Source: Monocercomonoides exilis PA203 (Eukaryota; Protista; Preaxostyla). From it: DNA of 64,000 nucleotides. Shown here one piece after another: positions 63,895-64,000 of this stretch. The notes beneath the pieces were generated by a model. The model was not told where the DNA came from. It saw only the letters and a program-made list of their open reading frames with translations, and ran no database searches. The stretch spans positions 744,001 to 808,000 of the forward strand of contig LSRY02000014.1 in NCBI GenBank assembly GCA_001643675.2, read 5' to 3'. The translations under genes were made by a program, and so were the position numbers. Position 1 is the first letter of the stretch; each line of letters begins with the position of its first letter.

Positions 63895-64000
63895 AAATCA
63901 AAAATATAAAAATATAAGAGCTGCTCGCCAAAAATCAAAATCGTTGTTGGAATAAATAATTTGATGATCAAACAACCCAATAACATGATAATAAAGAAAT

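Overview
AT-rich, intron-rich eukaryotic DNA read with the standard genetic code (alpha-tubulin and aldolase both end in TAA). It is most consistent with an anaerobic metamonad of the oxymonad Monocercomonoides type. That is an inference from the beta-helix/TM/pseudokinase receptor, the poly-Ser giant proteins, the class II aldolase and the GTTTG-type donor sites. There are about 16 host genes, tightly packed and often head-to-head: a coiled-coil protein, a divergent proteasome alpha3, a divergent Rab6, an At4g15545-like protein, a tail-anchored flavodoxin-2x[4Fe-4S] fusion, a possible APC5, AATF/Bfr2, a ~3,500-aa Ser-rich protein, eIF4B, a coiled-coil/split-CBM48 protein, a USP12/46-like deubiquitinase, alpha-tubulin, TcdA/Tcd1-2, a 3,000-aa receptor pseudokinase, class II FBA, a metallophosphoesterase and an inositol polyphosphate kinase. 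A decayed Nop58 copy is also present. Mobile DNA comprises a near-intact intron-bearing pogo-like DD35D transposon with perfect 39-bp TIRs and TA duplication, a decayed relative, and a foldback MITE-like element. The most interesting signals are (1) a palindromic TGATCA motif recurring within ~80 bp of start codons, a candidate bidirectional core-promoter element, (2) a membrane tail-anchored flavodoxin-ferredoxin, (3) mutually complementary microsatellites in the two introns flanking the catalytic His exon of the deubiquitinase, and (4) the modular receptor pseudokinase. All calls are by eye from motifs. No database search was run and exon boundaries are manual.
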